64,000 bases of DNA from Shigella phage ESH35. Below the pieces are notes generated by a model that did no database searches, had not been told where the DNA came from, and saw only the letters and a list, made by a program, of their open reading frames with translations. Position 1 is the stretch's first letter. The number at the start of each line of letters is the position of its first letter. The DNA lies in sequence record ON528745. One strand, given 5' to 3'. This document shows positions 59,721 to 64,000 of the stretch, piece after piece. The position numbers were made by a program, and so were the translations under genes.

Positions 59721-61525
59721 TATGCAATCCTTATCCAACGGTATACAGTAATAGACGGTTGAATATTACTAATATTAGCAGGAGGAGTATGTGAAGAGTT
59801 TGTTGTTGCGTAGTCTTCACGATATTTTGTATATATAGGACCAGTTTCATCTGGGTCATATTGACATCCTCCAATAATAACTGATCCATTTTCGTCTTCA
59901 ATTAAAACTCTTTCATCAGTTTTAGTCGCAGGAAGATTTGCGTTTTCAAGCGTTACTGATGTTGTTCCAACTGTTCCACCGGCAGTATGTGAAGGATTTC
60001 CGCTAGAATCTAAATCATTATTGTTTAAAGCAAAGTTTGGATCCGTAACATCATCATTCCATCCTACTAAAACTTGTCCTTTACCAAATAATTTCCATGA
60101 ACCAAATCCCATATAAGTCACCGGATTATTTGGATTTATAGCATTTTCATAAATTGAACCTACAGGATAAATGCTATCGAAAATAGATGATATTGAATTA
60201 TACGTTCTAGTATAAGAATCAACTTTTTCAACATTTGGCCAACCGATTTTATCAAAATCTGTTAAGGCCACATCACCAGTAACTTCAGTAGATGATCCTT
60301 TACTAACATAACGGTCATCAGTCAATTCAATGATGTCATCTTTTTCTAAAAGAGTTCCTAAATCATTATTGAACCACGTTATAACGATTATATCGCCTGA
60401 TTCAAATTTTCTATCAAATAAAAGACTGGTAGGTTTTCCATCTTCATATTCTATAGAATAATCTGTGTTTGATTCTTTCCATTCGCCACCAAGAGATATA
60501 CATCCTTCTTGCGTATCTGAATTAGCGCCTTCACACAAAAACAGAGGATATCCAGCTGTTCCAGCCTGCTGCTGTAAAATTCCATTAAAACGAACCTCAA
60601 GAGAGTTAGGATTAATAGGTTCACCAGGAATTAATCCAAATGCAGAAAATGGAATTGATTTCATCGCCGATAAATCAGTAACATAAATGCTTCCTTCTAA
60701 AGAAGTCTTTGATGTTAGTTTTGAATCTAGTACTTTTATTTGGCGTCTTGTATATGAACTTCTCCATTGTGATACACCATCCATAAATGTTTCAATTTGA
60801 ACGGTGTCACCAATATTACAAGGCTGTCTTAATCGAATATTAAATCCATCAAGAGGAACTAATTCGCCTTCATTTTCGCCCGGAGAGCCAAAGTCACTGT
60901 TTTCGCTAAATACATCGCCGTAATACAATTCGTTACCACGATGTTTTACTCTGATGTTATTGACATTATAACTAGTTCCATTGAAAACATCTAAAAAGTC
61001 AGTTTGTCCTTGAACTTCAACTAAAAATTCTTTGCGAGCTACATTACTAATATCTGAACTAACAATTTTGTCAATTTGTTTGTTTTTGACATATTCCCAA
61101 CGTCCTGGAGCGCAATAAACGAGCTCTAAATCACTAAATTGAATATTAATTTCAACTGACGATGACGACCCTTTAATTGTATCTCCGGAAGCAGCTACTA
61201 AAGTAACTGGATTGATGTTCCATGTAGCGAATACGTCTCTAGCTCTAATTACCTTGTTGTAATCATTAACAGTTCCTTTAGGAAGTTGTAGAGTTACTCT
61301 TCCAGACGAAGTATTAATGGCATATGATTTTCCCCATTCTGCCGTTAGTGTTTGTCCAGATGAAGCATCATAAGTTTTCCAGGCACCGGCTGAATATGGA
61401 ACATCTCCATCACCAAGTTCATAATAAAGTTCATCAAAGTTTTCATTTATTTTTATACCACCTTTACGCAGGTAGTCACCGGTACCATCATCAACAACAT
61501 TACCGATATTAATATTTTGTTTCAT
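59720..61525 (-). CDS. 10: Baseplate wedge protein gp10
   Basis: 601-aa ORF; T4 gp10 length and synteny. Confidence 0.9.
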   Translation of the reverse strand: MKQNINIGNVVDDGTGDYLRKGGIKINENFDELYYELGDGDVPYSAGAWKTYDASSGQTLTAEWGKSYAINTSSGRVTLQLPKGTVNDYNKVIRARDVFATWNINPVTLVAASGDTIKGSSSSVEINIQFSDLELVYCAPGRWEYVKNKQIDKIVSSDISNVARKEFLVEVQGQTDFLDVFNGTSYNVNNIRVKHRGNELYYGDVFSENSDFGSPGENEGELVPLDGFNIRLRQPCNIGDTVQIETFMDGVSQWRSSYTRRQIKVLDSKLTSKTSLEGSIYVTDLSAMKSIPFSAFGLIPGEPINPNSLEVRFNGILQQQAGTAGYPLFLCEGANSDTQEGCISLGGEWKESNTDYSIEYEDGKPTSLLFDRKFESGDIIVITWFNNDLGTLLEKDDIIELTDDRYVSKGSSTEVTGDVALTDFDKIGWPNVEKVDSYTRTYNSISSIFDSIYPVGSIYENAINPNNPVTYMGFGSWKLFGKGQVLVGWNDDVTDPNFALNNNDLDSSGNPSHTAGGTVGTTSVTLENANLPATKTDERVLIEDENGSVIIGGCQYDPDETGPIYTKYREDYATTNSSHTPPANISNIQPSITVYRWIRIA

Positions 61526-62391
61526 TATTGAGCCACCCCGATTTTCTGCGTAGCGATAACTTTAACTGCTGCTCTCATACCGACAGTTGAAGAACTTATA
61601 GTCGCCGTTACGTAATTTTCTTTAATACTAAATGCAATATTAGCGATTTCGTCTTCTTCGGTTTCATTCCCAACTCGCATGACAGCATATTCAGAAGAAA
61701 TTACCTCTGAATTGACAGTATCCACAAGAATATTTATTTCTGCTGTTTTAATTTTTCTTCCATCTACCGATTGGCATGTAACTAGTAATTTAGCCATATT
61801 GTATTCAGTGCGATGAAATAGTGGAATATCAACTGATCCAGATGTAGAAATATTCCATGTACCTTCAGCTGGTGATTCCTTTTGTCCAAACATACTTTCA
61901 ATAGAATAATTCCAAACCGACGTAGAATTATCAGATGAAATACAGCGTAAAGTAACTTTACTATATGGGCTAGTTACTACTAAATTACCTGAAACACCTT
62001 TAATTGAATCAATAGCTTGAATTGTCAAAGGATTAGTAACTGATATTGATCCATTAGAGTTAATGAATTCAACACAATCGCCGAGTTCGCCTCTTTCAAT
62101 GATAACTTTAACACCTACAGTAGAGGTATCAATATCATGCCTAGTGCCAACTTTTACTGGAGTTGCATACTCTGCAATAGAGTGTTTTTGATAATACCCA
62201 GTAGCATGGATAATTTGACCATCTGCTCCGGTGCCATTTGCTACTGCCATTTTACGTTGATCGCCAAACGCATTATAAATTGCGTTAAAATCACTATTAA
62301 TTTTATTACCACCGTCGAATAAGATATCACCAGTAGAAGCGTTACCAATTTCGCCGGTATCAATCAATTTCTTTGGTTCTTGAATGAACAT
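61525..62391 (-). CDS. 9: Baseplate wedge protein gp9 (long tail fibre socket)
   Basis: 288-aa ORF; T4 gp9 length and synteny. Confidence 0.9.
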   Translation of the reverse strand: MFIQEPKKLIDTGEIGNASTGDILFDGGNKINSDFNAIYNAFGDQRKMAVANGTGADGQIIHATGYYQKHSIAEYATPVKVGTRHDIDTSTVGVKVIIERGELGDCVEFINSNGSISVTNPLTIQAIDSIKGVSGNLVVTSPYSKVTLRCISSDNSTSVWNYSIESMFGQKESPAEGTWNISTSGSVDIPLFHRTEYNMAKLLVTCQSVDGRKIKTAEINILVDTVNSEVISSEYAVMRVGNETEEDEIANIAFSIKENYVTATISSSTVGMRAAVKVIATQKIGVAQ

Positions 62392-62415
62392 AGCGGTTTC
62401 CTTATGAGTTTATAG

Positions 62416-62423
62416 TATTTATA
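62416..62423 (-). promoter_or_regulatory. T4 late promoter for gene 9
   Basis: TATAAATA on minus strand 25 nt upstream of the gene 9 start. Confidence 0.6.
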
Positions 62424-62431
62424 AAGAAAAA

Positions 62432-62449
62432 GGGAGCCCATGGGCTCCC
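62432..62449 (-). terminator. Terminator hairpin after gene 8
   Basis: Palindrome GGGAGCCCATGGGCTCCC followed on the minus strand by TTTTTCTT. Confidence 0.65.
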
Positions 62450-62454
62450 TTAAT

Positions 62455-63459
62455 TTAAAATGTAAACAGAATATTGATTTCTTCTGTCTGATCCATTGCC
62501 ATAATAATAGGTGGCCTATTTTCCATATAAATCATTTCACCCGAATGCCTCATTAAATCTTCTGGGTCATAATAATCCTTTTCAGCTTTAACGTTTGGGT
62601 CATTTGGATGAGCTTTAGCTTCAAGAGGATTTGTAATTATCGATATTTGTCTAAATCCTTTATTTCCCGGCAATGCAGCTTCAGGAAAATAAACTGAATC
62701 TAAATATGCTTTAAAACGAATTGTATTAGCTTTAACACGATAAATTAACCCAAAATCATCTTGCTGCCAAGTGAGATTATCTTCATACCCCCATCTAGTC
62801 GGGTCTTCTTTTAATTCCTCAGGCCAAGGAACCACGATATATTCATTCGTGCATCTATTTATAGATACATCAGGCGGAATCTCAAAAAGATATTCCCATA
62901 CATATCCATCGCCGGGTTCAATTGTTCCTTCAGCATCTCCTCGGCCTTCAGGAGGAGTCATTGACCTAGCAGAAGGAGTCCATTTTCCACCTAATTTGAG
63001 GCATTCATCCTTATCAGTTAAAGATGTTATTGAACACATTCCAGTATCAGGAACATCTAAACAACGATATACTAACCAGCCTGCGCCTGATTCAGTAGCA
63101 TTGTAAGGAGCTGAGTTACACACTACAATATCGTTAATTCTAAATGTGTATGGATCCGGATATCTAGTATCTCCCCAATCTCGACGAGGAATAACAGCAT
63201 CAAGCATTGATGGAAGAACCTTTACTGTTCCCATCATATGAGTCCACATGTCAGTTACACCTAATACAGAATCGGTAGGATAAGGTGGGGCAAAGCCCAC
63301 CTCATTTTCATTTGATGACCACGGTTCTGATCTTCCAAATGTGATAAAGATAGTGTTTTTATCCGGACCACTTCCAATTGAATTATAAAAATTCAACATT
63401 TTTTCTGTTCTAAATTTTGAAGTAACTATCGCACGATAGATAACACTTGAATCATTCAT
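62455..63459 (-). CDS. 8: Baseplate wedge protein gp8
   Basis: 334-aa ORF; T4 gp8 length and synteny. Confidence 0.9.
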   Translation of the reverse strand: MNDSSVIYRAIVTSKFRTEKMLNFYNSIGSGPDKNTIFITFGRSEPWSSNENEVGFAPPYPTDSVLGVTDMWTHMMGTVKVLPSMLDAVIPRRDWGDTRYPDPYTFRINDIVVCNSAPYNATESGAGWLVYRCLDVPDTGMCSITSLTDKDECLKLGGKWTPSARSMTPPEGRGDAEGTIEPGDGYVWEYLFEIPPDVSINRCTNEYIVVPWPEELKEDPTRWGYEDNLTWQQDDFGLIYRVKANTIRFKAYLDSVYFPEAALPGNKGFRQISIITNPLEAKAHPNDPNVKAEKDYYDPEDLMRHSGEMIYMENRPPIIMAMDQTEEINILFTF

Positions 63460-64000
63460 CTATTTTAACCTGTATTGGATTTTCAGGGTCTCTTGGATTT
63501 CCTATATTATCTTTTAGACGTTTATTAACTAAATCTCTAAATTGCGCAAATGTTGTTCCAGATGCATCAAATAAAGGACTCATTAATTTACGTCGTTCAG
63601 ACGGCAATTGACCTTGAAATATTGAATTATTATTTTCAGCATTATAGTCATCAGGAAGAGGATATTCTACACCAGCCATTGGGCCAGGCTCATAAATTGC
63701 TTCGCCTGTTACTGAATCATGCTCAATTTCACCGGTTGGAGTTAATTTAGCTACTCTATCAGCATATTCAGTAGGCAATCCAGAATCCCATTTATAGTTT
63801 TTGTATTTATTAATTATAGTCTCTGTGTGTTTAAGAGTTAAACCAACATTAATAAACATCGTTAAAAGGGTAATTGCTATAAATCCAAATCCTACTGGAT
63901 GAACAAAACGAATAACGTCAGATTTCCAACGGGAAGAAGGTAAATTGGATTTAATTTTCATTACATAGTATGATCTACTTCTATTAATATAGTCTATATT
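63452..64000 (-). CDS. 7: Baseplate wedge initiator gp7, C-terminal part (5' end outside window)
   Basis: Minus-strand frame stays open to the window edge; synteny upstream of gene 8. Confidence 0.7.
   Translation of the reverse strand, partial: NIDYINRSRSYYVMKIKSNLPSSRWKSDVIRFVHPVGFGFIAITLLTMFINVGLTLKHTETIINKYKNYKWDSGLPTEYADRVAKLTPTGEIEHDSVTGEAIYEPGPMAGVEYPLPDDYNAENNNSIFQGQLPSERRKLMSPLFDASGTTFAQFRDLVNKRLKDNIGNPRDPENPIQVKIDE

Overview
The window is a contiguous ~64 kb segment of a T4-like (T-even, Tequatrovirus-type) myovirus genome, in reverse orientation relative to the conventional T4 map. All calls rest on reading the translated ORFs and sequence motifs by eye and on remembered T4 protein sequences and lengths; no database search or alignment was run. 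Positions 1-27500 (+ strand) hold early and middle genes: 59 (3' part), 32, a block of small ORFs, frd, td, nrdA, an HNH endonuclease (mobE-like), nrdB, denA, rnlA, alc, the spanin pair, pseT, five small ORFs, cd, 31, rIII, nine small ORFs including a NADAR-like and a HAD-like protein, DNA ligase 30, and two tandem Alt-like ADP-ribosyltransferases. Positions 27500-64000 hold the late structural modules: baseplate hub 54-48-29-28-27-51 (-), 26-25-uvsY (+), uvsW with a GIY-YIG Seg-like endonuclease (-), inh-hoc-rnlB (+), then head 24-23-22-21-68-67-20, tail 19-18, terminase 17-16, neck 15-14-13, fibritin, and 12-11-10-9-8 plus the 3' end of 7 (all -). No tRNA, rRNA, CRISPR array or integrase was seen; td and nrdB are uninterrupted (no group I introns) and no segG-like gene follows gene 32, so this is a close T4 relative rather than T4 itself. 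The most interesting candidates are the second Alt-like ADP-ribosyltransferase, a 416-bp ORF-bearing insertion that splits the frd-td junction, a duplicated 54-bp promoter/SD-sequestering hairpin module, and a NADAR-like/HAD-like gene pair beside the ligase; none of these could be confirmed as undescribed without a search.
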